A stretch of DNA of 64,000 nt from an uncultured bacterium. GTDB lineage: Bacteria > Oederibacteriota > PGYV01 > CAWJRG01. The first letter of the stretch is position 1; each line of letters opens with the position of its first letter. Below the pieces are notes generated by a model, which saw nothing but the letters and a program-made list of their open reading frames with translations, made no database searches and had not been told where the DNA came from. Of this stretch, positions 9,852 to 19,942 are shown one piece after another. The stretch spans positions 32,709-96,708 of the forward strand of contig CAWJRG010000006.1 of NCBI GenBank assembly GCA_963845185.1, read 5' to 3'. Made by a program: the position numbers and the translations under genes.

Positions 9852-11705
9852 TTATTCTACTTTTATATATTTGTAATCAAAGTATCTCTGCTGGGTGTCA
9901 GCGCCGTCGTACTGGAGTAAGATAGCAACCATCTGCATGCTGCCTTTTTTTCTGTCTCTTCTCATTACCTTGATCTGGAAAGTCAGGGTTCTTTCCTCGC
10001 CCGGTTCCAGAGAAAATTTCTGGGTAATATCGCCGAACATTTCGAGGTTTGTCAGCTTTAATAATTTAAGGTAGAAATCTGTAACATTATTGGAAGTGTT
10101 TTTAACCGTGGCATCAACCGTAAAAATATCATTTTCGCGGACTTTATCGGGAATTTCCCACTCAACTTTAAAAGGGAAAACACCCTGCTCTTTCCTCAAA
10201 TATGTGAATGTAGCTCCGCCAGCTATTGCCCATTCTAGAGCAGAATAAGGACCGCGAACCACTTTAAATGCCCTTGTCAGGTCGTGCCAGAAAAGACCCA
10301 ACGACGGGTTGATCGGCAAGAAAGCGTCAACTGCCTGTTTTTGTCTGATAAAATGTTCGTCGGGTCCAGTGGGAACTATTGTTTTTCCAAGCAGATTCCA
10401 GTCAACGCACTGGCCGACAACCAGGGAAGTGTTGCATCGCCTGAGATAATCCGTCCAGTCATCAATCATATCCGGCAAAGTTTTTTTGTCTATTGAATAA
10501 AACATTGCGGCATTTATTGAAAGACCGGCGTCAATTAGCATAAGCGGATCCTGACCGTGCTGCTTTGCCTCTTTCCAGCCGAGATTGAAGACCCATAATG
10601 GTTTTTTAACTCCGGATTTTGTTACCATCTCGTGGATTATTATGGCCATTTTATGTGCGCGCCACCACTGCCACATTTCAACTATCTGGGGGTCATGCTC
10701 AACTTCGAGTTTTTTGGCCAGCCATACCATTTTTTCTTTATCATCAAGGTTTTCCCAATTTTCAGGTATATTATATACAGGCATATCATTTATAAAATCA
10801 ATGGCATATTCATAACCACCGAAATCAGTCCTCATGTAATCAAGGCCGATGTAATCAACATCAGGGCTTGCGTCCAGTTTTTTTATCAATTCTATTATGT
10901 CTGATTCACGCTTCTGGTCGTATATAGAAATATAAATAAGGGGGTGTAACTCGCCCGTATCCTTATCATAGCCTATCGTCTGCCTGTATGGTGAAAGGTC
11001 TTTCCTATTGCCGAGAAGTACATAGCCCGACATCCATGCGCCATATTTTATATTATATTTATGGCATTCCCTACCTATAAGCGGGAACTGCTGCATTGCT
11101 ATCTGGCTCCAGGGGAAATCATAAGGTTTAAAAGAATCCCATATCTGCGATTGGCCTACGCAATGCCATAGAGCGTTGGCGCCCATGAATTTTGCCCAGA
11201 GCACGTAATTTTCCCAGGTTTTGACGCTCCTGCCTCCGAGGCCAGGAACCTGTTTTATTATAACGCCATCTGGTTCCTCTATATCCATGACACAGAATCC
11301 TTTGGGAAGAGAAGGAGGGATGCGTTTTGTGATATTAAAAGTTGCAGTGCCAGCCTGTTTTTTACCGCCTGCTTCAATTATTACCACGGCATTATAGGTG
11401 CCTATATGCGGGTTCCATGGAATAGGCCATTTTCCAACCCATTTGTTTAAGACAGGGTTATAAAGTATAAACAGCCTCGAAGTATTACCAACTGTATTAA
11501 TTAGTCTTTTATTTGAGAAAACCTCCACTGTTGCAGTTGCTGATTTCGGGGAAAAAGCGGTTTCAGTATTTATCGGTTTGCAAAAAATGGTTACAATTTC
11601 GTAACGGAGATATTCTTTTTTGTCCGTGGATACCTTTATGTTGAAGGCTCTTAAACTTGAAATAAAAATAAAAAAGAGTATAATGCTGACGCAATATTTT
11701 TTCAT
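9852..11705 (-). CDS. Secreted hypothetical protein, possibly glycoside-hydrolase-like barrel with Ig-like flanking domains
   Basis: Signal peptide; Trp/Asp-rich core ([10 protein letters not shown]); stop codon 2 nt before the lepA start. Confidence 0.6.
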   Translation of the reverse strand: MKKYCVSIILFFIFISSLRAFNIKVSTDKKEYLRYEIVTIFCKPINTETAFSPKSATATVEVFSNKRLINTVGNTSRLFILYNPVLNKWVGKWPIPWNPHIGTYNAVVIIEAGGKKQAGTATFNITKRIPPSLPKGFCVMDIEEPDGVIIKQVPGLGGRSVKTWENYVLWAKFMGANALWHCVGQSQIWDSFKPYDFPWSQIAMQQFPLIGRECHKYNIKYGAWMSGYVLLGNRKDLSPYRQTIGYDKDTGELHPLIYISIYDQKRESDIIELIKKLDASPDVDYIGLDYMRTDFGGYEYAIDFINDMPVYNIPENWENLDDKEKMVWLAKKLEVEHDPQIVEMWQWWRAHKMAIIIHEMVTKSGVKKPLWVFNLGWKEAKQHGQDPLMLIDAGLSINAAMFYSIDKKTLPDMIDDWTDYLRRCNTSLVVGQCVDWNLLGKTIVPTGPDEHFIRQKQAVDAFLPINPSLGLFWHDLTRAFKVVRGPYSALEWAIAGGATFTYLRKEQGVFPFKVEWEIPDKVRENDIFTVDATVKNTSNNVTDFYLKLLKLTNLEMFGDITQKFSLEPGEERTLTFQIKVMRRDRKKGSMQMVAILLQYDGADTQQRYFDYKYIKVE

Positions 11706-11895
11706 GACTGTCCTTAAATTTGTGCAATATTTGTGTAATTTGACCTATAGATTTAAGTTTAGATTATATAGGCAATTTTTTAAGTGTCAAGGGGAAATTG
11801 AAAAGCTAATAATACATTAAGTTCGATAAAGGCAAGTATCTCACTTTTTAAAAGAAGCATATGACAAGGAGGCGGAAAGTGAAAGGCAAATTTAA

Positions 11896-12510
11896 ATGTT
11901 GAAAATATGTGAAATTTTTGAAGATATTGAAGGAGAAGGAAAATTTCAAGGTTATCCTACTTTTTTCGTCCGGGTCACAGGATGTAATTTAAGATGCTCG
12001 TGGTGTGATACTAAATATGCATATTATAAAGGCAAAATAATAAGTTTGAAAAGCATACTTAAAAGAGTCGCAAAAAGTCCTTATAAATTTGTCAGCATAA
12101 CTGGCGGCGAGCCGTTGTTATATAAAAAAGAAATAGCAAGATTAATCAAAAAAATAAGGGAAAAATATAAAAAAAATGTGACTATAGAGACAAATGGTTC
12201 AATTACAATAGAAGGAGTTCCTGCGGATAATATAAGCATGGATTTGAAGCTGCCGTCATCGGGAGAGCATAAAAAAATGCTTTTTTCAAATCTAAATCTT
12301 CTTAAGCCGAAAGACCAGATTAAACTTGTTATAGGCAGCAAAAAAGACATGGTCTACGCAAAGAAAATCCTTGATAAATATAAGGTAAAAACAGCAATAA
12401 TTGTGCAGCCGGTTTTTGGGAAATTCCCGTTAAGGAAAATAAGAGATTTTGTTATGAAAAATAAGCTTAACTGGAAAGTATCAGTACAGTTGCATAAGAT
12501 TATAAAGTGA
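11896..12510 (+). CDS. queE: 7-carboxy-7-deazaguanine synthase (radical SAM)
   Basis: EIF..IEGEG, CNLRCSWCDT, ITGGEP, IETNG, VQLHK. Confidence 0.9.
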   Translation: MLKICEIFEDIEGEGKFQGYPTFFVRVTGCNLRCSWCDTKYAYYKGKIISLKSILKRVAKSPYKFVSITGGEPLLYKKEIARLIKKIREKYKKNVTIETNGSITIEGVPADNISMDLKLPSSGEHKKMLFSNLNLLKPKDQIKLVIGSKKDMVYAKKILDKYKVKTAIIVQPVFGKFPLRKIRDFVMKNKLNWKVSVQLHKIIK

Positions 12511-12663
12511 CAAGGTAAAGATATGTAGCACGTTACTCCATGAAACCTGGATGTTTTTCAGCGAATAGGATATTTCTATTTTACCTTGACAAAAGTTTGG
12601 AAGTATTGACAGGTAGTTTTTATATTGATATAATATTTCAAAATATAAAACAGGAGGCGACAA

Positions 12664-13242
12664 GTGTTCAAGCTAAAAATGTACATGCTTTTTATTATTG
12701 GCGTGGCAATAGGCGGTGCTATAGGATTTATTGCGTATAATATGCTTTTTGAAACGGAATTCAGCAATCTCCAGCGGAATATTGAAACAGATTGGGATAA
12801 GGTCATTACCAACTTGAATATGACTACTGATCAGGTAATAAACCTGAAAAAGCTTTTAATTCAGGATAAAGAAAAATTCGACGTTAAAAAGTTTGACGAA
12901 GTAATTTCTTTGAGGGCAGAGATTCTGGGTACTGATAAATGGGAAGAAAGAACTGAGTTACTAAACCAGATTGAGGAAGCAATGAACAGGGTAATTGAGT
13001 TTTACAATGATCGCATGGATTTAAGGGCAAAAAGGTTTTATTATGTGGAATGGGGAATGCTCACGGACAAATATAAAGAACAGTATAATGAAGCAAAGAA
13101 TGAATATATAGATGAAGTGCATGAGTATAATGTTAAATTGAAAAGATTGCCCTACAGCATGATAGCAAAAAGAAAAAAACTGGTGGAAATATCGCAGCCT
13201 GAACAAAGCAGGATAACGACAGTGCAGGTAGCTACCGAATAA
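12664..13242 (+). CDS. Divergent LemA-family protein
   Basis: N-terminal TM helix, helical body, YN..K..Y...V.EYN......PYSMIA LemA-type C-terminal pattern; AGGAGG RBS with GTG start. Confidence 0.6.
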   Translation: MFKLKMYMLFIIGVAIGGAIGFIAYNMLFETEFSNLQRNIETDWDKVITNLNMTTDQVINLKKLLIQDKEKFDVKKFDEVISLRAEILGTDKWEERTELLNQIEEAMNRVIEFYNDRMDLRAKRFYYVEWGMLTDKYKEQYNEAKNEYIDEVHEYNVKLKRLPYSMIAKRKKLVEISQPEQSRITTVQVATE

Positions 13243-13603
13243 CTTTGAGTTATCCGGAGGAAAGTCCGGACTCCATGAAGCACGGTGCCCGGTAACGCCG
13301 GGGCGAGGCAGTCATAATGGCTGCTTCGACGGAAAGTGCAACAGAAAGCAGGTAGCCTCGGAAAGTGCCGTTTTTACGGCATCCGGGGTAATAGTGAAAA
13401 GGCGAGGTAAGAGCTCACCGCATACTTCGAAAGGAGTATGGCATGGCAAACCCCACCGGGAGCAAGGCCAAATAGGGAATAAAGCCGATAAGGCGAAGCA
13501 GCTTCAGCTTCATTATTCCGGGTAGGCCGCATAGATTAATGGCTGCCAGCCCGTGAAATATTACGGGCGCACAGAATCCGGCTTATGCACTGTCGTTATC
13601 CTG
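13209..13603 (+). ncRNA. rnpB: RNase P RNA (type A-like, P18 absent)
   Basis: GAGGAAAGTCCGG, GGAAAGTGCAACAGAAA, GGCAAACCCC..GGAGCAAGG, ACAGAATCCGGCTTA; 18-bp P1 helix 13209-13226/13586-13603; P2 13227-13234/13540-13547. Confidence 0.96.
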
Positions 13604-13692
13604 TTTTTATTTTAAATCACTTTTGACCAAAATAAATTTAAAAACAATTGCCGCGGCGTTTTCTTCCGTGCTGATAAAAAATAGAGGATGAA

Positions 13693-14499
13693 ATGTATAA
13701 TTATATAGATTTACACCTTCATACAAAGTTTTCCTGGGATGCAGAGCAAACAATGGAAGATGTAGTAAAGAAAGCTAAGGGAAAAAATATTAAAATTATG
13801 GGTTTCACCGAGCACATCGACCTGATGGATAAGCATCATAAAAATTATTTAAAATTTGATTATAAAAAGTACACAGAGGAATTCAAAAAAAACAAGGAAC
13901 AATTTCCGGGATTATTGAAAGGCATAGAAGTAGGTGAAATGCATGTATACAACGACAGATTCGTAAAATTTGCAGAAAACAAGGAATTTGATTATTTTAT
14001 CGGCTCGCTGCATTTTATAGGCGAATATACTCCGGTTTTTGACAATTATTTCAAGCAGCATAAACTCCTTGACGTGTATAAAGCTTATTTTGAAGAGGAA
14101 TATAAATTAATAGAACACGGTGGCTTTGAGGTTGCGGCGCATATAACTCTTGTCCACAGGTACGGGGCAAAATATTTTAAAGAGCCTGTTTATGAGACAT
14201 TCAAGGCAGAAATAGGCGATATTTTAAAACTTTTAATAAACAAGAAGATAGCCATTGAAGTAAACACCTCAGGATTACATTTTCCTGCAAATGATTTCAT
14301 ACCGGATAAAGAAATAATCAGGGCTTATATTTTACTTGGTGGAGACATGATAACAGTAGGTTCTGATGCTCATATGATAGAAGATTCTTTTACCGGATTA
14401 AAAGCAGCCTATGAAATGCTGGAAGAGTTAGGGGTAAAAGAACTGACTGCATTTGAAGGACATAAGCCGATAAAGATAAGGATGAAACAAAACGAATAG
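13693..14499 (+). CDS. PHP-family histidinol-phosphatase-like protein
   Basis: DLHLHT, FTEH, GSLH, IEVNTSG, TVGSDAH. Confidence 0.88.
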   Translation: MYNYIDLHLHTKFSWDAEQTMEDVVKKAKGKNIKIMGFTEHIDLMDKHHKNYLKFDYKKYTEEFKKNKEQFPGLLKGIEVGEMHVYNDRFVKFAENKEFDYFIGSLHFIGEYTPVFDNYFKQHKLLDVYKAYFEEEYKLIEHGGFEVAAHITLVHRYGAKYFKEPVYETFKAEIGDILKLLINKKIAIEVNTSGLHFPANDFIPDKEIIRAYILLGGDMITVGSDAHMIEDSFTGLKAAYEMLEELGVKELTAFEGHKPIKIRMKQNE

Positions 14500-14588
14500 A
14501 TAATTTAACTCTGATAAATTCCGTCTGCAAGATATTGTGAGATTTGTTTTAAGAAAAGCTTTCCGGAAAAAATTATACGGAGAAAAAA

Positions 14589-15602
14589 ATGAAAATTTAC
14601 AAACACAACCTAAAAGATGCAAAACCTTTTGTCACAAAAGATAATTCAATAATCCGCTCGATACTTGACCGGACAAACTCGCCGGTAAAAAATGAATCCA
14701 TGGCAGAGGCGGTTTTAAGAAAAGGCAAATCTACTATTGAACATGTCCATAAAAAGTCTGAAGAAATCTATTATTTTACTCAGGGAACGGGAGTTATATA
14801 TTTAAATGATAAAAAGATAAAAGTAAAAACAGGAGACGGAGTGCTTATAAGTCCGGGCGAGCGACACAGGCTTGTAAACACCGGCGGGTATGATATAAAA
14901 ATATTGTGTCTTTGCTCACCGCCTTACTCGCACGAAGACACACTTATAACAAGGCACAATTTTGAAATGGTGATTTTTGATTTTGACGGTACGCTTGTAG
15001 ATAGCGCGCCTGGAATATGGAAAACCGCAAATGAAATGGCAAAATTATATGGGGTAAAACCGATTACAATGAATCAGGTAACAACTTCTGTTGGAACGGG
15101 CTTGGATAATTTTATTGAGGATTTGTTTCCGGAACAGTTGGAAAAATACCCCATGAAAACAATGATAAAAACTTACAGAAAAATATATTTGAGAAGTTTT
15201 GCTTTTGGCTTAAAAATTTTTAAAAATGTGGTAACGGTACTTAAATACTTAAAAAAGCGGAAAATTAAGGCAGCAATTGTATCAAACAAGCTGAAAAAGT
15301 ATGTGGATGAAATAAATAAATACACGGGCATTGACAAGTATTTTAATATAACGCTCGGCAGCGAAAGCGTAAAAAAAATGAAACCTGATCCGGAGGCTGT
15401 TTTTTATATAATGAGAAAATACGGACTTAATAAAGAAAACATACTTTTGGTAGGAGATAGTCAGTACGACATAGAAACTGCAAAAAACGCCGGTGTAACT
15501 TCGGTTTTCATTACTCAGGGCTACGCCGATATTAAAAAAGTAAATAGACTTTCGCCTGATTATTGTTTTAATGATATAGGGAAATTGATGGAAATACTCT
15601 GA
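14589..15602 (+). CDS. Cupin + HAD phosphatase (phosphoglycolate-phosphatase-like) fusion
   Basis: N-terminal HVH..SEEIY...H cupin ending PPYSHEDT; FDFDGTL, KPDP and GDSQYD HAD motifs. Confidence 0.88.
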   Translation: MKIYKHNLKDAKPFVTKDNSIIRSILDRTNSPVKNESMAEAVLRKGKSTIEHVHKKSEEIYYFTQGTGVIYLNDKKIKVKTGDGVLISPGERHRLVNTGGYDIKILCLCSPPYSHEDTLITRHNFEMVIFDFDGTLVDSAPGIWKTANEMAKLYGVKPITMNQVTTSVGTGLDNFIEDLFPEQLEKYPMKTMIKTYRKIYLRSFAFGLKIFKNVVTVLKYLKKRKIKAAIVSNKLKKYVDEINKYTGIDKYFNITLGSESVKKMKPDPEAVFYIMRKYGLNKENILLVGDSQYDIETAKNAGVTSVFITQGYADIKKVNRLSPDYCFNDIGKLMEIL

Positions 15603-16525
15603 TGGAACTGATAGCAAACGCAATTATTCCAGTATTTTTGCTTATTGGAATGGGATATTTTTTAAAAAAAAGAAAAATAATTGCGGCCGAAACTGAAAAT
15701 TTTATAAACAATCTCGCCTATTACCTTGTGCTGCCTGCGATGATTTTCATTAGCATATATAAATCCCCGTTTGATAAAATATTCAGCATTAAAATGGTGT
15801 TAGGGTGTTACGCAGCAGCATTTGCGGTTTTTTTAATCGCCATTGCACTGTCTAGATTTTACTTACAGCGGCAAAGGGGAGCCATGGTACTTACAACTTT
15901 TAGGACAAATATAGCGTACTTAGGATTTCCCCTGATATTAAACGCTTACGGCCAACTTGCGCTCGCGCAGTGCAGTGTGCTTACGGGCTTTATAGCACCT
16001 TTTACAATAACGCTTTCCATATTATATCTGAATATGGAATACAGGGGAAACAATAAAGAAAAGAATAAAATACTATATTACGTTTTTTCAGACCCGCTTG
16101 TTTTAAGTTCCATCGCAGGTATTATTTTTTCCTATTTCAGAATTTCTTTGCCGACTTTCATAATCAATACCATTGACATGATTTCATCCATGGGTTCGCC
16201 GCTGATGCTAATAGCTGTAGGCAGCGGATTGAAGTTTTCAACCATAAAAAGGGATAAATCCGCGATAGTAATAAGCACTTTCTTAAAATTAATAATAATG
16301 CCGCTATTGACGCTTTTGATTTTTAGATGTTTTATGCCTTTGGATAGCCACATGGAATTAATAATTGCAGTAATGACATTTGCTTTTCCCAGTGCATTAT
16401 CAACTTATATGATGGTGAAACAATATAAAAGCAACGCTGAATTGTGCAGTTCCATTATCATGTTTACAACAGTACTTTCAATATTTTCTATATCTTTTTG
16501 GATAATTGTTTTAACAAAAGTATAG
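15602..16525 (+). CDS. AEC (auxin efflux carrier) family transporter
   Basis: About 10 TM helices; N.AYLGFP, P..L..G, KLIIMP and FPSA motifs. Confidence 0.88.
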   Translation: MELIANAIIPVFLLIGMGYFLKKRKIIAAETENFINNLAYYLVLPAMIFISIYKSPFDKIFSIKMVLGCYAAAFAVFLIAIALSRFYLQRQRGAMVLTTFRTNIAYLGFPLILNAYGQLALAQCSVLTGFIAPFTITLSILYLNMEYRGNNKEKNKILYYVFSDPLVLSSIAGIIFSYFRISLPTFIINTIDMISSMGSPLMLIAVGSGLKFSTIKRDKSAIVISTFLKLIIMPLLTLLIFRCFMPLDSHMELIIAVMTFAFPSALSTYMMVKQYKSNAELCSSIIMFTTVLSIFSISFWIIVLTKV

Positions 16526-16894
16526 CTATTCACAAATTTTTACGAAACTTTAACGAAAATGTTGATAATTGATGTTAAAATCATAAAAAGCCAATAAAAT
16601 AAGGAATTTTTAAGAAAAAAATAATGTGAGTTGAATGGGGATATTAGCATAATTTTGGCCACAATAAAGCAGAATAAATAAAGGCATTTTAATAGAAATA
16701 CACATAATTAACATTATTAACATTAGCAGCGTCTGCATAGGTATAAAAAGAGAAATTGAATACGAAAGAATTTAAGAAAGAAAAATAACTACAAAAACTG
16801 ATGAACAGAAGATTTTAAGCATTAATTCAAAAATAATTTGAAATTGACGGGTTTATTAAAATATGATACTTTAAATAGAAAGGAGGCAAAACAA

Positions 16895-18385
16895 ATGATT
16901 CCCAAAGTTATGCAAATTGGAAGCAAGAAAGTACTGAAAGAGGCGCTGACATTTGACGATGTTTTGATTATTCCCCAAAAATCCCATGTACTGCCGAAGG
17001 ACGTGGAAACAAAAACCAAATTCAGTAAAAACATTGAAATCAGCATACCGCTTGTAAGCGCAGCCATGGACACTGTTACCGAATCAAAACTTGCGATAGC
17101 AATGGCCCAGGAAGGCGGCATTGGGGTTATACATAAAAATTTGACGATAAATGAACAGGCACGGGAAATTGACAAAGTAAAAAGGTATGAAAGCGGTATG
17201 ATCCTAGAACCGGTTACTCTTCCGCCAGATTCGACAATTAGCAACGCGGTCGATATAATGAACAAATATCATATATCCGGCCTTCCTATTTGTGAGGGTA
17301 AAAAGCTGACTGGTATACTCACTAACAGAGACCTGCGTTTTGTGAAAAATAAAAAGCAAAAAGTCTCAGAACTTATGACACCAAAAGAAAGGCTTATTAC
17401 TGCCACAAGCGAAATAACTTTTGACAAGGCAAAAGAAATACTTCATAAAAACAGGATTGAAAAGCTTCCTATAGTAAATAAAAATTTTGAGCTAAAAGGT
17501 TTAATCACCATCAAAGATATAGAAAAAAAGCTTAAATTTCCAAACGCAACAAAAGATAAATTCGGCAGGCTACGCGTAGCTGCCGCAGTCGGGCCGTCCG
17601 ATGATATGGAACAGAGGGCAGATGCGCTGGCAAAAGCCGGGGTTGACGCACTTGTTGTGGATACAGCTCATGGACATACAGAAAGCGTGATGCGGGCGGT
17701 TAAATTATTAAAGAAAAAATTCAAGAACATTGATATACTGGCCGGCAATGTGGCTACTGAAGAAGGGGCAAAAGATTTAATAAAAGCAGGTGCCGATGGT
17801 GTTAAAGTTGGTATGGGGCCAGGTTCAATCTGCACCACAAGGGTTATAGCAGGTATAGGCATGCCCCAGATAACAGCAATAATGGACGCTTGCAGAGCCA
17901 CGCTGCGATATAAAATACCTTTAATAGCCGACGGCGGGATAAAATATTCGGGCGACGTGACAAAAGCAATTGCCGCAGGCGCGGATTGTGTAATGATAGG
18001 AAGCCTTTTTGCGGGTACAGAGGAAAGCCCGGGCCAGATAATATTGCTTGAGGGAAGAAGCTTCAAGGTTTACCAGGGTATGGGTTCAATGGCTGCCATG
18101 AAAAAGCGCGGTGCAAGGGAAAGATATTTCCAGTGGGAAGAGGAAGAGGATAAGCTGGTGCCGGAAGGAATTGAAGGAAGAGTGCCATTTAAAGGCACGC
18201 TTTCGTCAATTGTATACCAGCTTGTCGGCGGGCTTAAGGCAGGCATGGGTTATTCGGGAGTGAAGAATATAAAGGAACTTAAAACACGGACATATTTTGT
18301 GCAGGTGTCGTTTGCAGGCCTGCGTGAAAACCATCCACACGATGTAATTATAACAAACGAAGCACCTAATTACAGAGTGCTTTAA
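16895..18385 (+). CDS. guaB: IMP dehydrogenase with CBS pair
   Basis: [24 protein letters not shown]; AGGAGG RBS at 16881 favours the 16895 start. Confidence 0.97.
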   Translation: MIPKVMQIGSKKVLKEALTFDDVLIIPQKSHVLPKDVETKTKFSKNIEISIPLVSAAMDTVTESKLAIAMAQEGGIGVIHKNLTINEQAREIDKVKRYESGMILEPVTLPPDSTISNAVDIMNKYHISGLPICEGKKLTGILTNRDLRFVKNKKQKVSELMTPKERLITATSEITFDKAKEILHKNRIEKLPIVNKNFELKGLITIKDIEKKLKFPNATKDKFGRLRVAAAVGPSDDMEQRADALAKAGVDALVVDTAHGHTESVMRAVKLLKKKFKNIDILAGNVATEEGAKDLIKAGADGVKVGMGPGSICTTRVIAGIGMPQITAIMDACRATLRYKIPLIADGGIKYSGDVTKAIAAGADCVMIGSLFAGTEESPGQIILLEGRSFKVYQGMGSMAAMKKRGARERYFQWEEEEDKLVPEGIEGRVPFKGTLSSIVYQLVGGLKAGMGYSGVKNIKELKTRTYFVQVSFAGLRENHPHDVIITNEAPNYRVL

Positions 18386-18399
18386 TATAATCTGGTTAT

Positions 18400-19938
18400 A
18401 TGATGAAAAACGATACCATAATTATCCTTGATTTTGGGTCTCAGTATACGCAACTCATTGCGAGGAGAATCAGGGAGCTAAATGTTTATTCTGAAATACA
18501 TCCTTTCAACGCGGCTTTTGAAAAAATAAAAGCAAGCGAGCCCAAAGGAATTATACTGTCCGGCAGCCCGGCAAGCATTTACGACAAAAAACCACCTTTG
18601 ACAGACAAAAGAATATTCGGTATGGGTATACCGGTGCTGGGCATATGTTACGGTTTACAGATAATAAGCAAATACTTCGGCGGAAAAGTGGAAAAAGGCG
18701 ATCACAGGGAATACGGTTTTACTGAGCTTATAATAAAACAACCTGATTTGCTTTTACGCGGGCTCAAGGGAAAAGAGACAGTGTGGATGAGCCACGGGGA
18801 TAAGCTAATAAAAAAACCAGCAGGATTCGCAACGCTCGCGCGTACAAAAAGCTCGGAATTTGCTGTAATAATGAATGAAAAGGAAAAGATATGGGGAATT
18901 CAGTTTCACCCGGAAGTTGTACATACAAAAAACGGCAAAAGAATTCTAAAAAATTTTGCCGTAGATATATGCGGGGCGCGCAGGAACTGGACGCCTGGAT
19001 CATATATCAAATCGACAATTGAAAATATAAGGAAGCAAACCAAGGGCGAAAAAATACTTTGCGCGGTAAGCGGAGGGGTCGACTCTACAGTTGCATCTGT
19101 CCTGATAAGCAGGGCGATAGGCAAAAATCTGACGTGCGTATTTGTAAATAACGGGCTTTTGCGGCTTGAAGAAGAAAAAAAAGTACTTGCCATGTTTAAA
19201 AAACTTAGAATTAAAGTTGATTATCTTGACGAGGAAAAAGGATTTCTTACGCGTCTGGCTGGAATCACTGACCCGGAGAGAAAAAGAAAAATAATAGGCA
19301 ATTATTTTATAAGGGCTTTTGAAAAGCATGCGAAAAAAACAGGAAGTTTTAAATTTCTGGGCCAGGGAACCCTGTACCCGGACCTTATCGAGAGCGTGTC
19401 GGTAAAAGGGCCTTCTGCTACGATAAAGTCGCATCATAACGTAGGCGGCCTGCCTGAAAAAATGAAAATGAAACTCATAGAGCCTTTGAAATACCTTTTC
19501 AAGGACGAAGTCAGGAAAATAGGAAAAAAACTCGGAATCCCGAAAGATGTATTGTGGAGGCAGCCTTTCCCGGGGCCAGGCCTGGCAGTCAGGATACTGG
19601 GTGAAATAACAAAAGACAGGCTTGATATTTTAAAAAAGGCCGATGATATAATAGTTGATGAAATCAAAAAATCGGGTTATTATTATGCGGTATGGCAGTC
19701 TTTCGGCGTATTACTTCCCGTGAAAACAGTCGGTGTGATGGGAGATTTACGCACTTATGAGAACGTGATTGCGCTGCGAGCCGTAGATTCAAAAGACGGC
19801 ATGACTGCAGAATGGGTAAAATTACCATATAATTTACTGACAACTATAAGTTCCAGAATAATAAATGAAGTTAAAGGCGTAAACAGGGTAGTTTATGATA
19901 TTTCCAACAAACCGCCAGCTACCATAGAATGGGAGTAA
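18400..19938 (+). CDS. guaA: GMP synthase
   Basis: [31 protein letters not shown]. Confidence 0.98.
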   Translation: MMKNDTIIILDFGSQYTQLIARRIRELNVYSEIHPFNAAFEKIKASEPKGIILSGSPASIYDKKPPLTDKRIFGMGIPVLGICYGLQIISKYFGGKVEKGDHREYGFTELIIKQPDLLLRGLKGKETVWMSHGDKLIKKPAGFATLARTKSSEFAVIMNEKEKIWGIQFHPEVVHTKNGKRILKNFAVDICGARRNWTPGSYIKSTIENIRKQTKGEKILCAVSGGVDSTVASVLISRAIGKNLTCVFVNNGLLRLEEEKKVLAMFKKLRIKVDYLDEEKGFLTRLAGITDPERKRKIIGNYFIRAFEKHAKKTGSFKFLGQGTLYPDLIESVSVKGPSATIKSHHNVGGLPEKMKMKLIEPLKYLFKDEVRKIGKKLGIPKDVLWRQPFPGPGLAVRILGEITKDRLDILKKADDIIVDEIKKSGYYYAVWQSFGVLLPVKTVGVMGDLRTYENVIALRAVDSKDGMTAEWVKLPYNLLTTISSRIINEVKGVNRVVYDISNKPPATIEWE

Positions 19939-19942
19939 AGCA

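Noticed and set aside
11820-11902. preQ1 or c-di-GMP riboswitch, or uORF (MKGKFKC), upstream of queE
   Set aside because: Only fragments resemble the consensus (AAAGGCAA; AAGCATAT..AAGGAG) and I could not build the required stems; cmscan would settle it
16526-16894. Purine riboswitch in the long intergenic region before guaB
   Set aside because: No TTTCTACC/CCGTAAA core; a promoter (TTGACG at 16844) lies close to the start codon, leaving no room for one
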